A DNA stretch of 64,000 bases from Ostreococcus lucimarinus (Eukaryota), in NCBI GenBank assembly GCA_000092065.1, contig CP000584.1; one strand, 5' to 3'. The notes under the pieces were generated by a model, which had not been told where the DNA came from, ran no database searches, and worked only from the letters and a program-made list of their open reading frames with translations. Positions within the stretch are counted from its first letter, which is position 1; each line of letters begins with the position of its first letter. Below are positions 18,909 through 27,216 of the stretch, piece after piece. Position numbers and translations under genes: made by a program.

Positions 18909-19559
18909 CTATGTCCTATTTTGGCGCTGCCCAGTGACTTCCGCGGGCAAAGGTCTATTGAAGCCGCCGACGCGATTCATGTATTGCCTGGCTTGCCGCT
19001 TCGTCTTCTTTTGCACCGCCGACGCGTTGGCGAACTCATCCTCCACGTGCTTGCCTTGCGTCGTGCCGAATCCTCCGAATCCCATCATGCGCATCATCGC
19101 GGACTCATCGTCTTCGTCCTCACCCGCCGGCGGCGGCGGCGGCGGCGGCACGTCGACCGCTTTCCCGCCGCCCGCCGCGGGCGGCGGCGGCGGCACGTCT
19201 CTCCGTCGCTTACGGTCGTCGCGCGCCGGCGATCGCGATCGCGACCGCGACCTCGACCTCGACCGCGAATCACGTCGTCGCTTCCTTCGATCGTCATCGC
19301 GCGAATCCTCGCGCGCGCCGCGTCCGCGACCGTACCCCCCGTACCGCCGCGGCGGCGACCTCGACCTCGACCTCGACCTCGACCTCGACCTCGACCTCGA
19401 CCTCGACCTCGCTCGCCGCGCGCCGTACCCTCCGTACCGCCGTCCCGGCGACCTCGACCTTGACCTCGCCCGCGCGCCCCCCCTCCATCGCCCGTCGCGT
19501 CCATCGTCGCGTCCGTACCCTCGCCCGTCTCGTCCGTCGTCTCGTCCGAACCGCCCCAT
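18909..19559 (-). CDS. SNRNP27: U4/U6.U5 tri-snRNP 27 kDa protein (SNRNP27): N-terminal RS domain and conserved C-terminal domain
   Basis: The C-terminus MMRMMGFGGFGTTQGKHV…KKTKRQARQYMNRVGGFNRPL matches the SNRNP27 (DUF1777) signature. The RS repeats are encoded by the (GACCTC)n microsatellite. Confidence 0.8.
   Translation of the reverse strand: MGRFGRDDGRDGRGYGRDDGRDGRWRGGARARSRSRSPGRRYGGYGARRARSRSRSRSRSRSRSRSRSPPRRYGGYGRGRGAREDSRDDDRRKRRRDSRSRSRSRSRSRSPARDDRKRRRDVPPPPPAAGGGKAVDVPPPPPPPAGEDEDDESAMMRMMGFGGFGTTQGKHVEDEFANASAVQKKTKRQARQYMNRVGGFNRPLPAEVTGQRQNRT
19357..19410. repeat. (GACCTC)9 coding microsatellite, encodes (RS)n on the minus strand
   Basis: Perfect hexamer repeats inside the SNRNP27 RS domain. 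A shorter copy lies at 19243-19262. Confidence 0.9.
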
Positions 19560-19819
19560 CGTCTACGCGTCCCGCGTCCCCGCCCCCTTATCCAGCACCG
19601 CGCGCAGTTTCGCCTCCTCCGCGCGCGCGCTCTCGAAGTGCGTCACCCACGACCTCGGACACGCCCGCTCGTACGCCTCGCGCGCGCGTCGACACGTCGC
19701 CGTCGCCGTCGCCGTCGCCGCCGAATCCGAATCCGAATCCGTCGTCGCCGCGGCGTCCGCGCACCGGTGATACGCGTCGCGCGCGTCGCGGCACGCGACC
19801 CGCGCCGCGCGTATGGATC

Positions 19820-19821
<2 letters not shown>

Positions 19822-19857
<36 letters not shown>
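19822..19857. repeat. (GTC)12 trinucleotide microsatellite, intergenic
   Basis: Perfect repeat located between the SNRNP27 start and the AP2 gene. Confidence 0.9.
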
Positions 19858-19859
<2 letters not shown>

Positions 19860-19958
19860 GCGCCGCGCCGCGCCGTCGTCTGTCGAATCGTCGAAAATCG
19901 CGTCGAATCGCGTCGACGCGCGCGTCGACGCCCGACTGTTTGCGCATACGGCGAGGAT

Positions 19959-20081
19959 CGAGAGGGACACATTCCCGAGTCGCCATCGGTCGATGGCGCC
20001 GAGAGGGACACATTCGTGAGTCGCCATCGGTCGATGGCGCCGAGAGGGACGCATTCCCGAGTCGCCATCGGTCGATCGGTC
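19959..20081. promoter_or_regulatory. Three tandem copies of a 41-bp unit (CGAGAGGGACACATTCCCGAGTCGCCATCGGTCGATGGCGC), each with an 8-9 bp-stem palindrome GCGCCATCG-GT-CGATGGCGC; candidate cis-regulatory module about 250-370 bp upstream of the AP2/ERF ATG
   Basis: Copies at 19959-19999, 20000-20040 and 20041 to about 20081. Copy 2 differs at 3 nt and copy 3 degenerates into GTCGATCGG repeats. Confidence 0.5.
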
Positions 20082-20332
20082 GATCGGCGTCCCAGATTCT
20101 CGGGACGCTTTTTCGTCGGCACGTTTCGCTCCGACGCCGCGCGTCGACGGCGCGACTCCGCCGCGTGCGCGAGCGACGCGGCGCGACGCGACGCGAGCGC
20201 ATCGGGACGACCGCGAGGGACGACCGCGCGGCGCGCGCGACGCTCTCGGACGCGACGGCGAGCGCGCGCGCGTCGACGCGAACGCGCGAAAAAGCGCAAA
20301 AGTCCGAAGCGATAGGCGACGCGACGCGCGCG

Positions 20333-20422
20333 ATGGCGACGCATCACGGCGCGCACTCGCGGAAATCGACGCCGGATCCCGACGAGGACGACGCGCTGGA
20401 CGATGATCTCGATGATCTCGAG
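20333..20422 (+). CDS. AP2/ERF transcription factor, exon 1 ([30 protein letters not shown]); donor GTGCGAGCG at 20423
   Basis: ATG at 20333, phase-0 donor. The intron has ACTGAC at 20648-20653 and acceptor CGCAG at 20671-20675. Alternative model: an uninterrupted ORF from ATG 20403. Confidence 0.5.
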
Positions 20423-20675
20423 GTGCGAGCGCGAACGCGGGAGAGACGAGGACGAGAGGGAGGAGACGGGGGGGAATTGTGGGAACGCGGGACGACGCGG
20501 GACGACGCGCGGGACGAGGACGCGAGGCGAACGAGACGCGAGCGAACGGCAGAGGACGACGAGGCGAGGACGCGCGATCGGGACGGTAGTGATCGCGAGG
20601 TCGAGCGCGCGAGAGAGAGAGAGGGCGTCGAACGCGGGCGTGGAGGTGACTGACGAGGCGCGACGACGCACGCAG

Positions 20676-21857
20676 GGCGGCAAGGGCGACAAGCAGTCGA
20701 AAAAGGCGACGACGTCGCAGTATCGCGGGGTGAGACAGCGCCCGTGGGGGAGCTGGGCGGCGGAGATACGCGATCCAAATCGAGGCGCGAGATTGTGGCT
20801 CGGCACGTTCGATACCGCCGAAGAGGCGGCGAGAGCGTACGACGCGGCGGCGAGACACATTCGCGGGCCAAACGCGAAGACGAATTTTCAGCTCGCGCCG
20901 GGGGAGGAACCGCCGCCGTTCGTTTTGCCCGAGCCCCCGTCGGGGGGGCGCGGTGGTGGCGGTGGCGGTGGTGGACGCGGCCGGGGCGGACACGACGCGG
21001 GTTTGCCGTCAATCGGAGGTTTCGGCGCCGGAGCGTCGCGCCAGCCCAACGCGCTCAAGAAGCAAAAACCCGTGGGGAAGGACGCGAAGGGGGGTCCGAG
21101 CACTATTTACGGCTTCGGTCCGAGTTCGAGCGACAAGAACTCCACTCCTAAGCGTGGTTCGATAGGTTTCGGCAGTGGCACCGACTTATCCGCCCTCGTC
21201 AACGCCAATCTCGCCTTGGCCAACCAAAACCTCGCCTCGGCCGGGTCGGCGAGAAAGGATCACGAAAACAGTTTCATGAAACTCTTCGCCAACGGTAGCG
21301 TGGGTGGGACGCCGTCGAGCACGGGTGGATCGCCGCTCATTATGCCCGAGTCAGTGGAACTGCGCGACGGCATGAGCGGCATGAGCGGTGAGATTCCGGT
21401 GATTCACGGCAAACGCGACCGCGGTCCGAGCAGCGCGTTTTTTGGCACGTCGTTCGGCGTCGCGGGTTCGTTCGGTTCGATGTTTCCCCCGGACATGGGG
21501 CTGTCCTCAACCCCGGACGGTGTCGACAATTTCTACGGCGAGTTCTCCATGTCCCCCAACGATCGGTCGGCGCACGGTGCAGATCATTTCCCCGTCGGAA
21601 GCTTGGGGACGATGGTCGACTTGAACGACGCGCTGCCGGCGGTGGGATCGCTCGATCTCGGAAGTCCGGTAGACTTAGACTCGATGATGAATTCGTTGCC
21701 GAGAAATAGTGGCGGGAAGGTTCAAACCGTCGCATCTATTCTCGGCAAACCCAAGAAAAAAGAGCACGATTCACCGCTTGGAAGAGCGTCGACGCGCAAC
21801 ACGCGCGAATCCTCGCGCTCGAAGAGCGCGTTGGACGCCATGTCAGCGCTCAAATGA
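20676..21857 (+). CDS. AP2/ERF transcription factor, exon 2 with the AP2 domain ([49 protein letters not shown])
   Basis: Canonical single AP2/ERF DNA-binding domain. Gly- and Ser-rich tail. Confidence 0.8.
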   Translation, partial: GGKGDKQSKKATTSQYRGVRQRPWGSWAAEIRDPNRGARLWLGTFDTAEEAARAYDAAARHIRGPNAKTNFQLAPGEEPPPFVLPEPPSGGRGGGGGGGGRGRGGHDAGLPSIGGFGAGASRQPNALKKQKPVGKDAKGGPSTIYGFGPSSSDKNSTPKRGSIGFGSGTDLSALVNANLALANQNLASAGSARKDHENSFMKLFANGSVGGTPSSTGGSPLIMPESVELRDGMSGMSGEIPVIHGKRDRGPSSAFFGTSFGVAGSFGSMFPPDMGLSSTPDGVDNFYGEFSMSPNDRSAHGADHFPVGSLGTMVDLNDALPAVGSLDLGSPVDLDSMMNSLPRNSGGKVQTVASILGKPKKKEHDSPLGRASTRNTRESSRSKSALDAMSALK

Positions 21858-22145
21858 AGTTTTCTTCTTGTATACGGTAGAACAGTAGAAGAAAGAGCGC
21901 AAGCTCACTCGCGAAGCATTTCCGCACATTTACCCTCTTTCATCTGTAATTTTCAAGTCAATTTTGTTCCCTCGGGCTTGCCGCGCGTCGAGTCGAAATC
22001 GCGCGCGTCGCGCGTCGCGCGTCGTATACTTTGTTCGTTCGTGTTCGCATTGACAACAAAATTGATAATAGAGTCCCGGGGTCCCCCGGTGTCATCGCCA
22101 CATCGTGCACACGCGTTCAAAGGCTAAGGCAAAGCTGGCGCGCGT

Positions 22146-22301
22146 TTAAATCTTAAACGAGCCGCCCTCCGAGATGTTCAAGCCGCCCTTCGGCTTGTAC
22201 TGCCCGCTCTTCAGGTCGTCTTCGTACCCGGCGCCGATGACGCCGGAATCGCGCACGGACTTTTCGAGCAACCAATCGAAGAATCCCTTCTTTTGGCCCG
22301 G
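22146..22301 (-). CDS. Small orphan protein, exon 2 of 2 (PGQKKGFFDWLLEKSVRDSGVIGAGYEDDLKSGQYKPKGGLNISEGGSFKI*)
   Basis: Non-GC-biased coding segment ending at a TAA (reverse complement of 22146-22148). Preceded by acceptor ACACAG and branch ACTGAC (reverse complement of 22335-22340). Confidence 0.4.
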   Translation of the reverse strand, partial: PGQKKGFFDWLLEKSVRDSGVIGAGYEDDLKSGQYKPKGGLNISEGGSFKI

Positions 22302-22655
22302 CTGTGTCGCGTGCGTCGCGCGGTCGCGTCATCCGTCAGTCGCGCGTTCGCGTTCGCCTTCGTCTCCCCCTCGGTCTCTTCCCTCGCCCCAATCTCGCGA
22401 TCGACCGTTCGCGACCCAGCATCGACCCCCCCCCGAGGTCGCGCGATCGATCGATCGCCGCGTCGCCGTCCTTTCACCGATCGCCGCGTCGCGCGCGCGT
22501 CCTCGCGGCCGATCGATCGCGCGCGCGCGCCGATCGCGCGCGTCGCGCGCGCGCGTCGATCGCGCGTCGCGCGCGCCGCCCCGCGCCCCTCGCGGCCTCG
22601 ATCGCGGTCGCGGTCGCGACGGCTTCAGGATAAAACCAAGCGGCGCCCTGCGCAC

Positions 22656-22748
22656 CTTGCCCGCGGCGGCCTTCTTCCCCGCGACGCGCTTCGTCCCGGA
22701 CGTGTTCGCGGCGTTCACGACGACGCGCGTGGAGCTAACGGCAAACAT
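22656..22748 (-). CDS. Small orphan protein, exon 1 (MFAVSSTRVVVNAANTSGTKRVAGKKAAAGK); donor GTGCGC; 354-bp in-frame intron containing a TGA
   Basis: ATG is the reverse complement of 22746-22748. The intron is GC/GATC-rich low complexity and is interrupted by an in-frame stop at 22329-22331. Confidence 0.35.
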
Positions 22749-22821
22749 GTGTCTCGGTGGCGGCGGCGCGCGTGTCTGACGCCGCGCGGCGCGCGCGCGA
22801 TCGCGGCGCGCGCGGTCGGTC

Positions 22822-22858
22822 GTAAAGGTCCGTAAAGGTCGTAAAGGTCGTAAAGGTC
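22822..22858. promoter_or_regulatory. (GTAAAGGTC)4 tandem nonamer, about 95-130 bp upstream of the eS17 ATG; candidate promoter element
   Basis: CGTAAAGGTCCGTAAAGGTCGTAAAGGTCGTAAAGGTCCG in the 200-bp divergent spacer between the orphan gene and eS17. Confidence 0.45.
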
Positions 22859-22950
22859 CGTGTGTGTACGATCGACGGACGCGAGACCGAGCCCCCGCGC
22901 GCGACGCGCGGCGCGATCCGTCTCTGCACGACGCGCGCGAACACGCCGAC

Positions 22951-22983
22951 ATGGGTCGCGTTCGCACGAAGACGGTGAAAAAG
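22951..22983 (+). CDS. RPS17: 40S ribosomal protein eS17 (RPS17), exon 1 (MGRVRTKTVKK); donor GTGCGCG
   Basis: Identical to the universal eS17 N-terminus. Confidence 0.85.
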
Positions 22984-23237
22984 GTGCGCGTCGAATCGAA
23001 CGCGTCGCGAGCGGCACCGGCGACGGCGCGCGCGGCGACGGCGACGGCGCGAACGCGCGACGCGATGGACGGGGCGACGATGGAAACCCTAAGGACGATC
23101 GCAGAGAGAACGAACGCGCGCGGGAGGGCGGCGTCGAGCGCGCGATCGGACGCGCGAACGGACGGGGAGGCGCGGGTGATTTTGAACGCGCGCGATGACT
23201 GACGACGACGACGATGCGGTGTTCGCGCGTGCGGTAG

Positions 23238-23369
23238 GCGTCTCGCCAAATCATCGAAAAGTATTACTCGAGGCTCACGCTCGACTTTGCGACGAACAAG
23301 CGCATCGCGGATGATATCGCGATCATTCCGTCCAAGCGTTTGCGTAACAAGATTGCGGGTTTCACGACG
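23238..23369 (+). CDS. RPS17: eS17 exon 2 ([44 protein letters not shown])
   Basis: Acceptor GGTAG at 23233-23237 with ACTGAC at 23197-23202. Donor GTACGT at 23370. Confidence 0.8.
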
Positions 23370-23508
23370 GTACGTTTTAAGGCGAGCGAAGCGCGGGAAC
23401 GCGGTCGGTGCGCGAGAGGGCGCGACGGTGCGACCGAGGCTCGATCGGTGGGGTTTGAGACGCGCGAACGCGCGACTGACGTCGGGTTGATGAATCGTTC
23501 GGAAACAG

Positions 23509-23748
23509 CACTTGATGAAGCGTATCCAACGCGGACCGGTGCGCGGTATCTCGCTCAAGCTTCAAGAGGAGGAGCGTGAGCGCCGCATGGATTTCGTGCC
23601 GGAGAAGTCCGCGCTCGAGACGGACTCCATCGAAGTCGACCGGGACACGATGGATATGTTGAAGTCGATGAACATGGGTAACTTGCAAGGCGTTTCTGTG
23701 TCTAGCCGTGCGCACTACAACAAGGGTCCGCGACGTGATCGCGCGTAA
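23509..23748 (+). CDS. RPS17: eS17 exon 3 ([32 protein letters not shown]…)
   Basis: Acceptor AAACAG at 23503-23508 with ACTGAC at 23475-23480. Collinear with human eS17 and gives a 133-aa total. Confidence 0.85.
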   Translation, partial: HLMKRIQRGPVRGISLKLQEEERERRMDFVPEKSALETDSIEVDRDTMDMLKSMNMGNLQGVSVSSRAHYNKGPRRDRA

Positions 23749-23837
23749 TTTCGCACACGTATGCCCGCGAGAACATTAGGTCATCGCGAGTAGAAATGTG
23801 AGACTAATAGACTTGGTTTAAATTGTCGCGCGTCGCC

Positions 23838-26800
23838 CTACCTGCGCATCGATTCCCTGAGAGATCCTCGCGCGCGCATGTTGAGTAGAATCGCTCGAGT
23901 GTCCATATCGCCGACCTCGAGGACGTTCGTCGTTTCTTTCAGCGCGCTCTCGCTCGACTTTTCTGGACTTGCCGCGGGCGTCTCGACGACGACGGAGTCG
24001 TCGCCTTCGTTGGGCGATTTTCCATCAAAGTCGAGCTTTACCACCGTTTCGCGTCTCGCCTTGAACGATCCTTTCCTGCCAGAGGACGAAGAAGACGATC
24101 TCGTCCGTTCAAGCGGAAGCGTGGGTAACCCAGTGTTGTTTGCCGGCATGTTGTCGACGCCTCGTTTCGCTCTCTGCTCGCGCGCGACTTGCGCGTCCAG
24201 TAACGTCTGCACTTCTTGAAATATGTCTTCGAATGAAGGTCTGAGCGAGGGATCGCTCTGCCACGCGCGCTGCATCAACGCGCGATATGATTCGGCGTCG
24301 AGAAAAGCGGCGCCGTGCGTCGCATCTACCTCTGGACGATCGCCGTCCGGAACGATGGAGACGATTTGATAAACGTGCAAATCCTTGAAAGGCGCTTGCA
24401 AGCTTTGAAGCTCCCACATGACGATGGCGAAGGAGTACACATCTGATGCTGTACCATACTGTCCGTCTGTCAGAACTTCAGGGGCCATCCAACGAGGCGA
24501 GTGAAGAGTACCTGAGCGCTCTGCGCCCTCGCCCGAGGCGACGATGTCGTTGTGCACTCGAGATAGGTTGAAATCGCCGACTTTGACACGGTAGTAGCGG
24601 TCTACCATAAGATTGGCACTCTTTAAGTCTCGATGCAAAACGGACGCATCGTGCAAGTAAAGCATCCCAGCCGCGGCACCGAGTGCCATCTGAAGGCGTA
24701 TACGCCACGGCAACTCGGGCGCGCCCGGCTTGATGTGTCGCTGAAGTACCGCGTACAGCGAACCTCGAACGCAAAACTCCTGCACGATGGCTGGACGCGG
24801 TGTCATCACGACCCCGAGCAAAAGCACGATATTTGGATGTCTGAGCTTCGTCATGATGCTCACCTCTTTCTCTAACTCTTCCAAAGAATGAATGAGTCCG
24901 CTCGACGTAACATCGATGTCTTGAGCGCCGATGAATTTCACGGCGACGTCTATGTGATTCCAAGTAGCTTTGAACACGCGACCGAACGATCCTTCTCCGA
25001 TTTTTTGTTCAAGTTTAATATGATCGTACGCAATTCGCGCTGTTTCTGATAACGTAGCCGACTCGGGCGTCCTATTCACCGGAATAAATTTACTGTCATT
25101 CATCACCTTGGACGGCGATCCCAAGCCCAGACGTGAATGCTCCTTTCGCGCCGTCTGTCGAAGCTTTCCGAGCATGGCTTCGAGCTGCGAGAGAGGCCAA
25201 TACATTATGCTTCCGAAACGACCGACGGTGATGACACCGATAGAGCCACCGCCGTCTATCTTGGTTAAATGAACGAGCCCACTACCGTGCGCGACGAGCT
25301 TACTCGAGCGTAACTCGAAGGGTGAAGCGTTTTTCGAAGAAGCGAGCGTTTCGGCGTGGAGAGATGCTTCGTGCAACTCATGCGCTCCGGGGAGGGGCCA
25401 AACTGTCAGCTTTCCATTCGCGTGTCCGATGGCGATGATCGTTTCGACAGCCACGGCGCCGACGATGCTTTTACCAAAGTACTTGGAAAGCGACCACGCA
25501 TCAACCGCCTTGAATCCCATTGTGATGTTCATCACGCGCTCGCCGGTTTCTACCGCGCACTTATCTCCGCCCCATATTTGCACCGCACCCGTGTCGTGCA
25601 CGCTGACGATCAAATCTCGCACCGTGGGGTGCTGCATCAACGCAACCGCGGAGCCGAGATCTTCCAAACTCACCATGCGCACGCACTTTGCCTCAGCCAC
25701 ATCCCAAACCTCCAACACTAAATCATTCTCGCATGCGATGAATACCACCCCTTCTGAGCCGTCGCTCGCGTTGTGTAGCATACACGACACGCTTTTGGAC
25801 TTTTTACGAATCGAGTCGGGATCTGGGAAACTCGGACGATGGGTGGCGGATGCGGCGACGACGTCGCGCGCGACTTTGAACTCTCCAGCAGCATCATTCG
25901 TACTCGCGACGACTCGCAATTCAACTACGGTACCATCCGTACAGCCAATCCACGCGCGCGTGCCGTCGATCGGTGCGATCGCCGTCACGGACTCGTTGCG
26001 CGCCACGACGACGATTTGCGAGTTCATCAATCGCCCCATATCGCAATCCCACGCCATGACCCCTCCGTTTTTCAAACCGGCCCATAACAACGGCGATCCG
26101 TTCGGTGCGTTCACCATCGTGACTATGGATGACTTCAAGAACGCAGAGCTCGTGCCCCCGCTAGGCCGAGCCATGCACGACGTGCCGCCCGTGGCGTCTA
26201 CGCGCGGACTTTCGATTCGGCGCCGACCACGTATGAACATGTCGTACGCATCGAGCCTGGGAAACGCCCCGCCCGTGGACCACCAAAGCTCAGCCCCATC
26301 CGACCCCGCGGCGCACATCGTGAGCACACCCGAGCCAAAGATACTATCGATCGTCTGCGCGACGCCGCCTCGAAGCAGCCGGCGTCGCCCTTCGCTCGAC
26401 ACGCCCGCGACGCCCAATCTTCCCGACGCCCCGGCCATGTTCCACAGTTGTAGCTCCAGAGCCTCTAAATCTCGCGTCACTTCCTCGAATTTCCCATCGG
26501 TTTTCCCCCCTATCGCGTACCGCACCAGTTTTTGCGCCGTCGTGAACGACCCGTAAACCTCCGCCAGCGTCTTCCCGTGGTGCAACCGTCCCAGCACGCT
26601 CACGCATTGCCGCTTCACCTGCACCCGTCCACCATCATCATACATCGCGTACACGTTCTCCACCTCTCGCAGCGCCAACATCGTCGCCTCCGCTTGCCCC
26701 CACAGCGCCGAGCACTTCTCCCGGTGCGACACCGCGCCGTGCGCCGCGCGCTCGAGCGCGCGCGCCGCGCCGCGACACCGCTCAAACAGCCCTTCGTTCG

Positions 26801-26909
26801 CGCCACCGACATCATCGCGCATCCACGACGCGTCTTTCACCGTCGATCTGGACGTCGACGCGTCCTCGCGCGTCGTCACCGCGTCCTCGCGCGTCCCAAC
26901 CGTCGTCAT
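23838..26909 (-). CDS. WD40/beta-propeller-containing TKL-family Ser/Thr protein kinase (1023 aa, single exon)
   Basis: C-terminal kinase domain (GEGSFGRV…VAVK…HRDLKSANLMV…VGDFNLSR…APE…) preceded by about 600 aa of WD-like repeats. ATG is the reverse complement of 26907-26909. Confidence 0.8.
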   Translation of the reverse strand: MTTVGTREDAVTTREDASTSRSTVKDASWMRDDVGGANEGLFERCRGAARALERAAHGAVSHREKCSALWGQAEATMLALREVENVYAMYDDGGRVQVKRQCVSVLGRLHHGKTLAEVYGSFTTAQKLVRYAIGGKTDGKFEEVTRDLEALELQLWNMAGASGRLGVAGVSSEGRRRLLRGGVAQTIDSIFGSGVLTMCAAGSDGAELWWSTGGAFPRLDAYDMFIRGRRRIESPRVDATGGTSCMARPSGGTSSAFLKSSIVTMVNAPNGSPLLWAGLKNGGVMAWDCDMGRLMNSQIVVVARNESVTAIAPIDGTRAWIGCTDGTVVELRVVASTNDAAGEFKVARDVVAASATHRPSFPDPDSIRKKSKSVSCMLHNASDGSEGVVFIACENDLVLEVWDVAEAKCVRMVSLEDLGSAVALMQHPTVRDLIVSVHDTGAVQIWGGDKCAVETGERVMNITMGFKAVDAWSLSKYFGKSIVGAVAVETIIAIGHANGKLTVWPLPGAHELHEASLHAETLASSKNASPFELRSSKLVAHGSGLVHLTKIDGGGSIGVITVGRFGSIMYWPLSQLEAMLGKLRQTARKEHSRLGLGSPSKVMNDSKFIPVNRTPESATLSETARIAYDHIKLEQKIGEGSFGRVFKATWNHIDVAVKFIGAQDIDVTSSGLIHSLEELEKEVSIMTKLRHPNIVLLLGVVMTPRPAIVQEFCVRGSLYAVLQRHIKPGAPELPWRIRLQMALGAAAGMLYLHDASVLHRDLKSANLMVDRYYRVKVGDFNLSRVHNDIVASGEGAERSGTLHSPRWMAPEVLTDGQYGTASDVYSFAIVMWELQSLQAPFKDLHVYQIVSIVPDGDRPEVDATHGAAFLDAESYRALMQRAWQSDPSLRPSFEDIFQEVQTLLDAQVAREQRAKRGVDNMPANNTGLPTLPLERTRSSSSSSGRKGSFKARRETVVKLDFDGKSPNEGDDSVVVETPAASPEKSSESALKETTNVLEVGDMDTRAILLNMRARGSLRESMRR

Positions 26910-27216
26910 GCGCGCGCGTTCCGAAGCGCTTTCCGCGCGCTTCGAGCCGCTTCGAGCCGCGACGCGCGCGACGCGCGGCGCGACGCGCGAGCGCGCGCGT
27001 CTCGACGACGCGCGCGGGTCCGCGGCGCGCGCGCGGGTCCGCGGCCGCGCGCGCGGCGTCGAGACGCGCGCGGGTCTGCATCACGGGCGTTTTCAACGTT
27101 GAATACGAGCCTGATCGACCGGTCGTGAACCGTCGGTGCGAGGACTCGGATGCGCGCGCCAACATCCGACGATCGCCACACGTCGACGCGACGAACGCGG
27201 GACGAGCGCGCGCGCG

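Noticed and set aside
19959-20081. Tandem 41-bp repeats considered as a CRISPR array
   Set aside because: Eukaryotic nuclear context, only 3 copies, no unique spacers between repeats and no cas genes; it is a plain tandem repeat.
21668-21728. tRNA-like signal (GGTTCAAAC T-loop-like sequence flanked by an 8-bp inverted repeat GCCGAGAA…TTCTCGGC)
   Set aside because: Only 57 nt, no D- or anticodon-arm geometry, and it lies in-frame inside the AP2 gene coding sequence.
23370-23508. Possible box C/D snoRNA in eS17 intron 2 (TGATGA and CTGA boxes)
   Set aside because: The CTGA lies 5' of the TGATGA, the wrong order for C then D boxes. The CTGA is part of the universal ACTGAC branch motif, and there is no terminal stem. 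eS17 intron 1 likewise lacks a proper C box.
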